NCBI GenBank assembly: GCA_000388065.2
Contig: KB932202.1
Reading direction: 5' to 3' (one strand)
Origin: Fonticula alba ATCC 38817
Lineage: Eukaryota; Protista; Nucleariida
DNA length: 64,000 bases
A program made the translations under genes and the position numbers. Numbering within the stretch: position 1 is the first letter of the stretch; each line of letters starts with the position of its first letter. Below, in pieces: positions 14,763 through 26,957 of the stretch. Below the pieces are notes generated by a model, which was given only the letters and a program-made list of their open reading frames with translations, made no database searches and was not told the origin of the DNA.

Positions 14763-16693
14763 NNNNNNNNNNCGGGGAAATGCAACAATAAACACCCTGG
14801 GTGTGACCCCCCGCCCCACCCCCAGGGGGGCACACGGTCGGCGGAGACCCACTCCTGCTGGTTCCATAAACAAAAAAAACCCACACGGGCTGCTTCTCCC
14901 GCGCTTGTTTCAATATGCCACTTGCTGGCTCCGAGGATGAGCGCCACGGCGCGCCCGGGCAGGCGGGGGGGGGGCGCGGGCACCAAGCAAGGGGAGGAAG
15001 GTCAAACGGAAGACCGGCCAAGTGGGAGCCACATGCATGCACCCTTTTCTGTCGGTCTGTTTGTTTGCCTGGCTGTCGGTATTTCCATGCATGCATGCAT
15101 GCATGCATGTATGTGTGTGTGTCTCTCTCTCTGTTCACACGCCGGATTTTGGCGCGAATGCATGGAGCCCCACATGGATCCATGCGCACATGCCGGAGCA
15201 AACGCCCAATGCAGACGGTCAGCCCCGGCCAGTTGCTGGGCCTTCCCCAGGCCAGGCGGCATGCCGCCTGCGCATGCAGTTTCAGGGGCTCGGACTTTGC
15301 CCCAAAGAGCCCCAGCACTGAGCAGCCACAGGGCACAGCTAAAGACCCGGCCCAATTCAGGGGCAAGGCGCCGGGGGGCACCCGGCCCGGCCCAAGTGCC
15401 AGACAATTCAGTCGGCCGATGCGCCCATTTCCGGCTTTCAACCGGAAGCAACCACACCCCACAGGGGGAGGCGGGGGAGGGCAGTGAAGAGGGACAAAAG
15501 GGACTCTTCCCTGGCCCACGGCACGATCTCAGCATATGGGATGGCACCGCGCCGGCATGCCGGAGGCCCCGCACACCAAGACCCATGCGTATATCGTGCA
15601 CATGCGCACAAATACGCAAACACACACACACACACACGGGCAGAGACACAGACACAGACGCACACAAGTAGACACACACACACACATACAGGTGGAGACC
15701 CACGGGGCGGCAGCCCAAGAGAGTACGGCATGCCCTTCGGCGCGCACACGCACACGCACACACACACACACACGGCCTTGACCCTGTGGGGAAGGTTGCC
15801 CTCCAAACAAGTTAAGCCCCGGCCCAGGCCGGCCACTGTAACCGAAGGGGTCACGTGGTGCCTGACAGCTTCATTGTGGCCTAGGAATGTGTGGCATGCG
15901 TCTCTGTTCGTGGCCACCGGGCGGCGGCTGGCGCCTACGGGGTCACTGCCACGCAGGCGCCGCCGCGGCGCCCCTGACGAGGGGCCGCCCAAGCAACGGG
16001 AGCGCGTGTGCTCCGATATTTCCCGATGGCACCGGCAATGGAGGGGGGGCGATGGGCAGCGGCGGGAGGGGGGGCGCGGGGGCCTTTCCCAAGGGCCAGG
16101 CGGCGTGGTCTGGTGTGCCACTGAGACACCGGCCGAATGGAGGAACAAAGGGGGTGGTGCCAGGGCGTCCGGATCCAGCAGGGTACCAGCACGCGTGCGG
16201 GAGAAGCTAACGAAAGGGCTGGCGAAGGGCCCCCTGGATCCATACCGGGGGGGGGGGGGGGGCGAGAGTGATCCGGGCGCCATCGGGGCGCCAAATGAGG
16301 TAGGGGGGTCCCCATCGGGGCCCGCTGGTGCGTCCTGCCGGTGGACAGGCGGGCCTGGCCGTGCGGCGGGGCCAGTGCCGCTGGCGGCAGAGATGTTACT
16401 ATTTCGGGGGACACCGGATCTTGTGTGCGAGTTGCCAGCTCAGCCAATCGGCTCCATTCTTCGAACTCCCTCCTCTCTCTGTCTCTCTCTCTTTCTCCCT
16501 CCCTCTCTCTCTCTCTGCCTCCTGCTGCCCTTCTCTTTCTCCTCCTCCCGTGCCCCTAAGCCCGTTGTCGCCCGGCTTCGATATTTCCTCGCTCGGATAG
16601 CTACCTCCCCTCGCCTGCGCCCCTCCGCTCCCTCGATCCGGGCCCCGCTCCTCGCTCGGTCGTCCTCCCACATCGCCATCACAGCGCACGCCC

Positions 16694-18144
16694 ATGGGTG
16701 TCCGAAGCAGTAAGCTCTCCTCGGAGCAAATCAACGAGATCCAGCCCTCCACCAAATTCACGGTCGAGGAATTAACCGATTGGCACCGTAGCTTCCTCAA
16801 TGGTCCGCCTTGTCACCGGCCGCGATGTGCTGAGCCATCACGTCTCTTCCAGTGACTGACACACGCACACGCACACGCCCACACACACACACACACGCAC
16901 ACACACACACACGCACACACACACACACGCACACACACACACACACGCACACACACACACACGCACACACACTCACACACACCCAACCCCCCCCCCCCCC
17001 CCCACACACACACACGCACGTCTCCATCGACAAAACACAGACCACCCCAGTGGCTTCCTCAAGGAGAGCCACTTCATCGTCATGTATTCGCAATTCTTCT
17101 CGCCGGCCGGGTCCAGTGGGGCCACCAACCCCGGGACCGGGTCCACATCTCGGCGCAGTCGCCTCCAGGCGGCTGCGCAGGGCCGCACCAACCCCGGGGT
17201 GCGGCTGTTCGCGGCCCGGGTGTTCGCCTCCTTCGATCGCGAGGGTCGCGGCATCGTCACCTTCAAGGACTTGATCCATGGGTTTTCCATCGCCACACGC
17301 GGCACCATCGAGGTACATGACCGCCAGGGGCCCGGCCCACCACGGGTCCTGCCCCGGCCGCCCAGGCAGCCCAGGGTCTGCCCATGCCCGGACGCCTGTC
17401 CAACCTCGCGCCTGACCTCCGTCCCCTGTTCCGCGCCTGCAACCGCCTGGCCCATGCTTTCCTGGCCAGGAAAAACTCGAGTGGGCCTTTCGGATATACG
17501 ACGTCGATCGGGACCAGATGATCGGTCGCGAGGAGATGCTGCAGGTCGTCACAGCCATCTACCAGATGGCTGGCTACTCGCCGGGGTACAGCTCGGCCGG
17601 CCCGTCGGTCGGGTCCTTCGGCAGCAGTGGCGGCGGAGCCGAGACCGACGAGCTGAGCTTCGACGAGGACACCACCTCCTTCGGCGGCGCCGTCGGCCCC
17701 GGCGGGGGCCCGGCCACCGGAGCCGGCAGCGGCATGACGGGAGAGGGCAGCCTCGGCGAGCCGAGCACCTACACCAGACCCATCAGCATCATGGACCAGC
17801 TGGCCTTCCATGAGAATACCCCGGACAAGCGGGTGGACCAAATCTTCGAGCGTTTTGACCTGGTGCGCTACCTGATCCCGGCCTGGCCGGGCGGGCTCCG
17901 CCCCTGACGGCAGGGGAAGAGCGAAAAGACCGCCCACTGAGAGGAGGCCACCGTGCGCTAACAAGGGCACACGCACGCACACACACGCACTGCGTTTCAA
18001 TGCACGCAATGCCGGCGTCCATCGCGGATGGCGCGCGAAAAAAAGGATCGCGACGGGATGCTCAGTCTGGAGGAGTTCATTAACGCAGGCAAGTGCGATC
18101 CCGGAACTGCGGCCAGCCTTTTCATCTACGACGGGCTGGTTTAG
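16694..18144 (+). CDS. NCS1: Neuronal calcium sensor (NCS-1/frequenin/Frq1) homolog, 290 aa (exons 16694-16802, 17041-17312, 17470-17862, 18046-18144)
   Basis: MGVRSSKL myristoylation motif, [35 protein letters not shown] and C-terminal SLFIYDGLV* all match the NCS-1 pattern. All three introns splice in frame. Confidence 0.95.
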
Positions 18145-18527
18145 GGGATGGCCCCACTTCGCGGCCGTGCGCAGGATCGCATGCCGCCCGAGGAGGCGAG
18201 TGCGCGGGCACATTTGCGTGCAGACCCACGTCCATGCATTCATATCCATATCCATATCCATATCCATGTCCATATTTATATATATATACATATACACGCA
18301 TGTGCATGCGCATGCGCATGCATGCTCGCGCCTGGCCGCACAGAATAAAATACACACTCAAATGCGAAAGCCGATCCACGGGTGCACGCGTGCGCTTGCC
18401 CGCATGTGCGCATATGTCACTTGCTACCGGGAGGACAAGAGAGAGAGAGAGAGGAGGAGGAGGAGGAGGAGGGGAGAACAGAGGGAAGGATGAGGCAAGG
18501 GGCCGGCCAGCTCCATGGCCATTGCGC

Positions 18528-19888
18528 TCAATCGTCCTCGTCATCGGAGTAGTCGCTGTCGGAGTTGATCCCCCGGCGGGCGGAGCGCCGTGCCCCACCG
18601 AGCGACCCGGCGCCCGAAGTACGCTTGGCAAATGCATCGGCGTAGGCACCGTCGCGCACCTTGGCCGCGCGGCTGGCCAGGTTCACGGCGGCGGTCAGAG
18701 ACTCGCCCGGCCGGCCGATGACACCGGCCTGCCGGAGCCGCGCCTCCAGCTGCTCGGTCGTGAAGTGGTCCGTGTTGCCAAGGTCCTCGAAGCCAAGTAG
18801 CCTTTCAGCCAGCAAGCAGGAGTCAGCAGCGCGCGTGGCCCAGCGCAAGAACAAAGAACAGGGGGGGAGGGCGCGGGAAAAGTGTAGAATCGAGAACCTC
18901 AGCGCATATGAACGTGTGCGCGAGCGTGTGTGTGTGTGTGTGTGTGCGTACCGGCCGTTGGTGACGCCGTTGATGAAGAAAATCACACAGGGAAGGACCT
19001 GAATACGGAGCTTCTCCACCATGAACGGGAGCTTGGTCACATCTCCCCGGGCGAACTTGGTGTCGGTGTACTTCTTGGCCACCTTCTACAGGGCGACCGC
19101 GGGTGAGCATGCGCAAGTGCATGCGCGTTTGTGTGTGCGTGTGTGAGGGAGACAGAGACAGAGACAGAGAGGAAGAGGGAGAGAGGGAGGGAGGGAGGAA
19201 GGGCGAGAAGATGGGCCATTTCACATGGACAGAAGCGCCAGGAGCGAAGGGGCACAGGTGGGGCAGCTGGAAACACGAGCACGAGGAGGAAGGCCACCCG
19301 GCACGCACTTCCAGATGCCGGTGCATGATGTCACACCGGGCGAAGTCCGACCGGTAGAAGTGAATCACCACGAAGGGCAGCTTGGTGGTCATATCGAGGA
19401 CCTGCTTGTCCTCGGTCACCTCCGTGTACTTGCCGTACTGCAGGTCCTGCATCATCTGGGCGCGCTCGGCCCTTCACCAGCACAAGGAGCCCAGGCGGGC
19501 GAGCGGGAGCAAAGGTCCGTCAGAAAGGGGACCCACGCGCGGGAGACAACAAACAATTCCCCCCCCCCCCCCCGAGGGGGTCCTACGCACTGGAGCTTCA
19601 GTTCCAGCAGGCGCTTCTCGCGGAAGGCATGGCCAATGTTGGTGTCGCCCTCAAGCATGGAGAGCAGATCGTCCTCCAGCTCGTCGATGTTGGTGTCAAG
19701 TGGGCTGAGCCATCGGGGTGAGTTCCGGGCAAGAGGGCCGAAGAGCCCGGGCGACCGCGCGCAATCACAGGGACAGCTGAGGGAGGGGGAGAAAAAGGGC
19801 GGGAGGGACACCCCTCCGATCGATGCGGCACGCACAAGTCCATGGTGTATCTTTGGCAGTGGCGGTAGTTGTGGGGATGGTGATGGCA

Positions 19889-19919
<31 letters not shown>

Positions 19920-20117
19920 CAACAACGACGGCGGCGGCGGCAGCAACAACGGGGGGGTGTTGCGGGGCGGGGTAAATGAAAAAAAAGAAAGAAGAGGCGC
20001 AGGCGAAGGGAGGAGGGCGTGGAGGGCTGATATAGATCGCCCGGCGCAAACCGGCGGCACGCACCCAGGCGCCCGATGACCCGCCATCGCGGGCGCGGCC
20101 GGCCCATCCGTCGGCAT
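18528..20117 (-). CDS. TXNDC9: Phosducin-like protein PhLP3/TXNDC9 (Plp1-like), 5 exons
   Basis: AFREKRLLELK, YGKYTEV, VVIHFY..DFARCDIMHRHLE, LPFMVEKLRIQVLPCVIFF and LLGFEDLGNTDHFTTEQLEARL; GTGCGT donors at 20064 and 19590 splice in frame. The start could instead be the second ATG (MAGHRAPG). Confidence 0.9.
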
Positions 20118-20741
20118 CTCATGTCAACGCGCTTCCCCATCGCCGCGTGACGCTCACGGGACCGGCCCGTCCGAAGTGATGTTTACTCCCGCCGTTGGGG
20201 GGTGCTCTGGCTGCGCGCCCGTTTGCCGGCGCTCGGGGCTGTCCCCGTTCCCGGCCGCGGGCCTTCACGCTCTGTCGCCGCATTTCGCTGGGGGGAACAT
20301 GTTGACCCGCGTCCACGTTGCGCGTCCTCCTGCCTCCTCTTCGCCTTGAGGCGTCAGGTGGGCGGGGAGGCGAGAGGGGGGGGGGGGGGGGGCGGATGCC
20401 TGGGGCCAGTGGGGGGAGGGAAATCTCCCCCTACCTCATGGGCCCCGGTCCGGCAGGGCAACTGCTCGGTGTCCGGAAGCCGGCGCCTCGGGCGATCTGG
20501 GCATGTTTATAGGCACCCGAGGCTGTGCCTCACCGTGAGGAGGCCCGGCCCGCCATCCTCCCCCTCCCCTCCGAAGAATCCTGTGCCCTGCCAGCGGTTC
20601 CTCCCACACACACACACACACTCCTCCGGTCCTTCCATCCAAGCGCCGAGAAAAAGGGCGGGAGGGACACCCCTCCGATCGATGCGGCACGCACAAGTCC
20701 ATGGTGTATCTTTGGCAGTGGCGGTAGTTGTGGGGATGGTG

Positions 20742-20742
<1 letters not shown>
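19789..20742 (+). repeat. 95-bp identical direct repeat (19789-19883 and 20648-20742), each copy followed by (CAG)n
   Basis: Base-by-base identity from GAGAAAAAGGGC to GGGGATGGTGA; flanks differ; the second copy runs into an N gap. Confidence 0.85.
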
Positions 20743-20775
<33 letters not shown>

Positions 20776-20927
20776 NNNNNNNNNNNNNNNNNNNNNNNNN
20801 NNNNNNNNNNNNNNNNNNNNNNNNNNNNNNNNNNNNNNNNNNNNNNNNNNNNNNNNNNNCCAACTGACCCCGCTTGCTCCAGGTCGAGGAGCTTCCACGT
20901 TCGCACTTTTCCGCGCCGATCTTTCTG

Positions 20928-22375
20928 ATGGAGGCCAACTCCCACGCTCCGGACAGCTGCACCGTCACCACCGCCGCCTCCGCCGCCGCCACCACCGATC
21001 CTCCCGCGGCCCCTCCCGCCCTGGGCGATCCTCAAGCCGAGCTGTCGGCCGCCTCGCAAGAGCGCCTCCCCGTCGAGTCCTTTTCCCAGCCCCCGAGCAA
21101 GCGCCCCCGGGCCGATCCCGCCGGAACGCCGGACCCCACCGACCCCCCAGCCATGCCCCCCCCGCAGCATCACTCCCAGAGCGAGGATGAGGACACCCTG
21201 AGCCGGCAGCAGGCCGATCTCCTTTCCTCCATCGAGGCCGAGCTGACCACCAAATGTACGTGTGTTCCTGCGCACTCGCACGCCGCCATGACCCGGCTTG
21301 CTCACACCCCGCTCGCTCGGTGTTGCCTCATGCCTGCGGCACCTCTCCCCCCCCCCCCTCCCCGCAGCCTTCAATGCTTGGTTCTACTCCCTCTTCGAGA
21401 ACGACAGGGCCAATCTCCGGCACATGGTTCAGACCTTCAAGCTCCCCCAGGTTCGCTCCGCCTATTGATGTCACCGCCCGGCCTCCTCCTCATCCTCCCG
21501 CCCGGGGTTATCTCACCGATCGCCATCCCCTGCTCCCCCCTCGCCGCTCAGGCCATCGTCGCCATTCCCCCGAGCAGCATCTACTCCTACTTCCGCTCGC
21601 TGATCGTGGATATCATCCCCCGGCGCCCGTCCGTCGTGGCTGTGCCCGACCTGGATGCCGTGGTGGACATCATCCGCCGGGCTCGGCGCATTTGCGTCCT
21701 CACCGGGGCCGGGATTTCCGTCAGCTCCGGCATCCCGGACTTCCGGAGCTCCGGTGGCGTGTACAGCCTGGTGGGAGACCGCTATCCGGACCTCCCGACC
21801 CCGGAGGCCATTTTCGACCTGAACTACTTCCGCACCAACCCCGGGCCATTCTTCGCCTTCGCGTCGGAAATGTTCCCCGGCATGACCAAGTACCATCCCA
21901 CCCCGACGCACTACTTCATCCGACTGCTGCAGGACCACGGCCAACTTGAGCGCAACTACGCCCAGAACATCGACGGTCTGGAGCTCGAGGCCGGCATCAC
22001 CAAGCTCGTCCAGTGTCATGGTGGGTTTCTCCCCCCCTCCGACATATTTGTCTTGCTTTTTCCCCTCCCCCCCTCGCCGTGTGCCTGCCTGCTTGCCTAC
22101 TCCCTCTGGCTCATTCGTCCCTCTGCCTCCCCACCTTCCTCCCTTTCCCCCGTTACCACGTCACGCCACCGGCAGGCTCCTTTGCCACGGCCACCTGCCA
22201 GCTGTGTGCGCGGAAGTACCAAGCCGATGACATCCGCGAGGCTGTCATGGCTCACATCATCCCCCGGTGCGAATGCGACCCCGAGAACAGTGTCATCAAG
22301 CCTGGTACGTGGGTTCCCCATCTGCGCGGCACCTTTCGTCCGAGACATTTGCCTCCCTGACTTCGCCCGCACTTT

Positions 22376-22442
<67 letters not shown>

Positions 22443-23597
22443 ATCTCTCTCTCTATCTCTCTCTCTCTCACACACACACATATGCAGACATCATTTTCTT
22501 CTCCGAGAGCCTGCCGTCCACTTTCGACGACGCCATCAACCAGGACTCCGATCACATTGATGCCATGATTGTCATCGGCACCTCGCTGCAGGTGTCTCCA
22601 GTGTCTCTGGTTCCCTGTGCGTCTCTTTCCCGGCTGTGCTCCCCCCGGCCGTGTCCCTCCATCCCGCGCTCTGCTGTGGCTGTGCTGCGGTCTATTCCTT
22701 TGTGGCTGACCTCCCCCCCCCCCTCCCCTCCCATCCCATCCCAATCCCCAAACACACGCTCACACAGCCCTCCTCCCGCGCGGTGTCCCCCGGATCCTGA
22801 TCAACCGTGAGTTGGTCTCCACGGCTACCTTCGATGCCGAGATCCTGGGCGATTGTGACAAGGTCATCGTCGAGCTCTGCCGTCGCCTTGGCTGGCTGGA
22901 CAAGCTGAAGGCCCTTTGTGCGGCCGATGGCACCAATCTCGACAAGGGTATGTTTGCCTGTGCCTGAACATCCCGCGCGCTCGACCCAGGGAGCGCCGCC
23001 CCCCTTCCAGTCGTGTTTCCCCCCCCCCGCTCAAGGCACACCACTACACCCCGGCCTTTGTGCTAACGCGCCGAATCGCCTCCCCTCGGACTCCTCCTCC
23101 ACCCGCCAGTTATGATCAACTCCGAGACCGACATCGACACCATCAAGCCCGGCCTCTTCCGCTTTGTCCACCGGTCGGCCGGCGAAGCCGAGCCAACCGG
23201 GCCGCTGCCTCGCGTGTCTCGCCGGGCACACTACAGCTCCTCCTCGGAAGATGAGGACCAGGGTGAGGAGGACAACTACTCGGACGACGAGGGCCTCGGG
23301 TCGGACGAGCTGGCCGGTCTTGGAGCCGGCAGCGCTGACGAGGGCAGCGACGACGGCGACGACGATGACGCCATGAACGCCTATCTGGCCATGCGCCGGC
23401 AGCAGCTGGAGGCCGAGCGCGCCGCCGCCGCCACTGTGACCGCCTCCTCCCTCAGTCAGCCGGTGGATGATGAGGAGGGTGATGATGAGGACGATGAAGA
23501 GGGCGAGGACTATGATGCGGTGCTCTCTTCGCACAAGGCTCGCGCGGCGCTGGACTCCGTGGCCGCCGAGCTGGCCGATGCCACCTCCAGTCAATGA
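20928..23597 (+). CDS. SIRT1: Class I sirtuin (SIRT1/Sir2/Hst1-like NAD+-dependent deacetylase), 7 exons, acidic C-terminal tail
   Basis: [26 protein letters not shown], catalytic [19 protein letters not shown] and LINRE motifs, plus [14 protein letters not shown]. Introns at 21256, 21451, 22021, 22305, 22617 and 22948 splice in frame. Confidence 0.93.
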
Positions 23598-23949
23598 GAG
23601 CACATGAGGCAGAGGACAAAAGGGCACCGAGAAGGAAAGAGACAGGGAGAAAGAGAGTAAGAGAGAGAGAGAGGGGGGGGGGGGGCTGGCAACATGGGTA
23701 GCATGCCTGACCCCCCTTTCCTTGCTCTTTCCTTCCTTTTGCCGCGACCGCACTCTTGGCCCGACCGCCCGCTGAAGACCGTGCATGTGTGTGTGTGTGT
23801 CTCCAGAAAACAGTGTCTAGCATTTGTTCGATATATTTTCTCGTGGACGCCCCGCCTGACGGCAGAGAGAGAGAGAGAGAGAGGGAAGAGGGAAGACACA
23901 AGGAGTGCACATGGCATAGGGAGGGAGGGAGGGGGGGGGGCGGGGGGAC

Positions 23950-24623
23950 TTACTTGTCCAGCTTGTTGTGACCCTCACGGTTGCGGGCAATCTCGATGGC
24001 GTAGAACTGGATGCGAACAACTGGGGCGGTAGGGTGATGGGGGTCAGGCCGGGTGGGACCACAGGAAGCGAGAAGAGAAGGAGGAGGAGGAGGAGGAGGA
24101 AAGGGAGAAATGACGCACCGAGGATGGTGTTCTCCTGGCTGTAGCCCTCGGTGCACTTGGAGCGGAGGAGGGTGCCAGCGCTGAAGTCCTCGACCTGGTG
24201 CTCGTACTTGTTGCAGAACTCGCGCCACTTGGCCTTCTTGGCCTCAGTGCCCTTGAGGATGTCATCGTCGACCGAAGACAGGTCGAAGTCGGGGAACTCC
24301 TTGCGGAAGTGCTCATAGATGGCGTCGTCAATGCTGTGAGGACGACCGATCATCGCCATGGACGGGGGGGGGGGGGAGCAGCCGAGTTAGAGGGGCCGTT
24401 GCGGCAAGCCAAGGGCGAGAGGCGGGACCACAAATGCAGGAAGAGCAACCGGGACAGTCGAAGGGGGCGAGATGCGCGCCACGCACCGGGTCAGGCGCAG
24501 CTTGGACCCGTCAATGCGGCTCAGGAGCTTCTCGTGGGTCTCGGCGAACTTGAAGGCCAGCTCGGCCCAGGCAAGCTCGATGTCCTGGTTGTTCCCGAGG
24601 GCGTTGGGGTCGATGGAGCTCAT
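23950..24623 (-). CDS. PBDC1: PBDC1 / Ypl225w-like protein (exons 24623-24487, 24333-24119, 24020-23950)
   Basis: DIELAWA..AF..AETHEKLL, LRLTRIDDAIYEHFRKEFP, KAKWREFCNKY..VEDFSAGTLLR, RIQFYAIEIARNREG. Confidence 0.9.
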
Positions 24624-25173
24624 GGTTGCAGAGAAAGGGAAGGTGCGGGATGGGGTGGGAGGAGGAGGAGGAGGAGGAGGGTGGGATTTGTTCTGGGCGC
24701 TCCCCAGCCGGGAGCCCGCCGCGGGGGGGGCTCTCTTCATGTGCTCGGGAGTTCACCCAGCCCGGGGGCGGTGCCTGGCCGGAGGCATGAGGGAGAGCAA
24801 GGGTCACACGCATGTGCAGAGACGCACACAGACACACATAATGGAAAAGGGAGAAGGTGCATTTATCGAACGCCCAGAGCCCTCCCGGACTTGATAAAAA
24901 AAAGGGGGGGTCCAGCCAGGCGGCAAATGCCCAGACGACAGCAGGCCGGCAGGCGCCAGCCCCACACGGGCGCACACACGCACGCACACCCAGGCGGAGG
25001 GGCGCATGCCCAAGCGCACGTCGCCGCGTGTGACGCGGGAAGAGAGGGAACACCCCACGCGCATACACAGGGAGCGATGGCAGCTGTGGCGCGGAGAGGC
25101 CGGCGGCGGGAGCCCCCAGCGGGGTGCCCACTCTCTCGAATGGTATTTCCTCGGGTACTGGACTGTCGGAATC

Positions 25174-26406
25174 TCATCGCTTGAAGAGGTCGCTAATATC
25201 ACGCCGGAGCTGCGAGTGGACCAGGCGATCGATCGACACCGAGGCGGCGATCGAGGCGGCACTCTCGCCAGCCCCGGGCCCCGGCGGCAGGAGCCCCGAG
25301 CCGGTCTCGGACTTGTCGTGCTCGCCGGAGCATGGGGGGGAGGTGGGATCGGTCTCGGCCCGGGTGCTGCTGCCCTCGTCCTCGGCCTGGTGGGCGGCGG
25401 CCTCGGCGCCGGTGCCCAGTCCTGCCCGACTGCCAGCTGCTCGGGCCCCGATGACAAGTTGCTCGAAGGGGACGGGCCCAGCGGCGGCGGCGGCCGCAGA
25501 CCCACCGGGTCTTGTGGCGGATGCCGGTGCTGGGCCGCCCTCCTCCGGGGAGGAGCCGGCCGTGCTGGGGATGGGCAATTCCGGACAAGAATGCGCCCGC
25601 TCGGTGGCCGGGCTCCAGCCACTGCGCAGCAGCAGGGCATACCCCCGGTTGGATGGGTCGAGAGGCGGGGCCCGGAGGAGACGAGCCACGGGCGGGGCCA
25701 CTGCCGGGCGCCGAGACGACGGGGCATCCGGCCGCCGGATCGGCACTCCCACCAAGCATGCTGGCAGGGCTGGCCGGGCCCCTCGCGGCAGGGGGGAGGG
25801 GAACCCGGCAAAGCGGCGCTCGCCAACCGGCGCCAAGTCCTCCGGTGCCGGGTCAAGCGCCGGGCCCGGCTCAATTGTCATGAGATCACCCTCGGCAGCC
25901 GGCTCAAAGCCCACCGGGGTTGGTGGCCCCCCGATGGCGGGGACCCGATCTAGGATGGTGATCTCTCGTGACAAGAGACTCTGCAGCCGATGCGATGAGC
26001 CGGCCGCCGAGGGTGAAGTGCCATGCCTTGGGGCCTTGCGGGCCAGGAGAGCCGGTGAAGAGTGCGAGCGCTCGACCTCCAGCCGGGCCCGCCGGGTGGA
26101 CGTGCCAGGCACACAGACAATTGACCGGTAAATGTCGGCCGAGGAGGACGATCGAGAGGGACCGGCCGGCGGCGGGGGCGACGTGCGCTCCGGCACCATG
26201 GCGGCCGCGCCAATCCGGCTGGCGACCGGGGCCTCGGTCGGGCTCCAAGTCCGGGTGGGGGAGCCCTGACGCAGTCGGGCGATTCGCGGCTCCGGCGAGA
26301 GGGTGCGCTCGACAGTCGATGCGAAGTTGGCAAACGGGCCGGCGGAAGGGGGGGACGCCGGACAGACAGCTGGCCGAGAGGCGGGCGAGCCGCCATCAGG
26401 GGACAT
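25174..26406 (-). CDS. Hypothetical intronless S/P/A/G-rich protein, about 410 aa
   Basis: Long open frame from ATG 26406 between two well-defined genes, ending in a helical-looking segment (SVSIDRLVHSQLRRDISDLFKR*). No domain recognised. Confidence 0.5.
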   Translation of the reverse strand: MSPDGGSPASRPAVCPASPPSAGPFANFASTVERTLSPEPRIARLRQGSPTRTWSPTEAPVASRIGAAAMVPERTSPPPPAGPSRSSSSADIYRSIVCVPGTSTRRARLEVERSHSSPALLARKAPRHGTSPSAAGSSHRLQSLLSREITILDRVPAIGGPPTPVGFEPAAEGDLMTIEPGPALDPAPEDLAPVGERRFAGFPSPLPRGARPALPACLVGVPIRRPDAPSSRRPAVAPPVARLLRAPPLDPSNRGYALLLRSGWSPATERAHSCPELPIPSTAGSSPEEGGPAPASATRPGGSAAAAAAGPVPFEQLVIGARAAGSRAGLGTGAEAAAHQAEDEGSSTRAETDPTSPPCSGEHDKSETGSGLLPPGPGAGESAASIAASVSIDRLVHSQLRRDISDLFKR

Positions 26407-26957
26407 GGAGGCAGGGGACAGGGCAACAGCAGCCGGGGCCTCTTCAAACGGCCATTTCCTTCGGGCGGCAATCGGGAGGGGGGGTGAATGGAACGACCAG
26501 GATGCCAAGCCAGATGCGCGAAGCTGACGGCACAGAGAAAGGGGCAAGGAGGGGACGCGTCGGGGGGGGGGGGGGGGGGGGGGGGGGGAGCAGGAAGAAG
26601 AGCGCATTTCTTGGGCGCTCAGGGGGGGGGCCAGTTGGATCCTGGGGTGGCCGAAAAGTATGCTTCAACATTACGCGCCTGGGGCCCCACCACACGATCG
26701 AGAAGGCGGACATGGGGGAGAAAAAAAGAAAAAAAAAAGACCAGTCGTGGCCCCGCCACGCACAAAAGCGGGCGGATGGTCAAAGACATTCGTAGGGGAT
26801 CTGGAGTTGTAGGATATCGTTCTGATATTGTGGCTTGCGCCAGGTATACATCTAAACACCGCCGTGATGGCGGTGGGAATAATGGGGGCGGGGGGGGAAG
26901 AGGGGGACGGCGGCCGGCAGGGCGCCGGGGAGATCGGGCGCGGCGAAAGGAGGACCC

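Noticed and set aside
15484-16713. 409-aa plus-strand ORF between the homeobox and NCS1 genes
   Set aside because: Built from CA/CT repeats and GC-rich filler with no coding-like codon pattern; it overlaps the NCS1 start out of frame.
23947-23953. Perfect GTAAGT donor overlapping the PBDC1 stop codon
   Set aside because: The protein is already family-length at this TAA, no downstream exon is evident before the convergent sirtuin, and GTAAGT is atypical of donors in this window.
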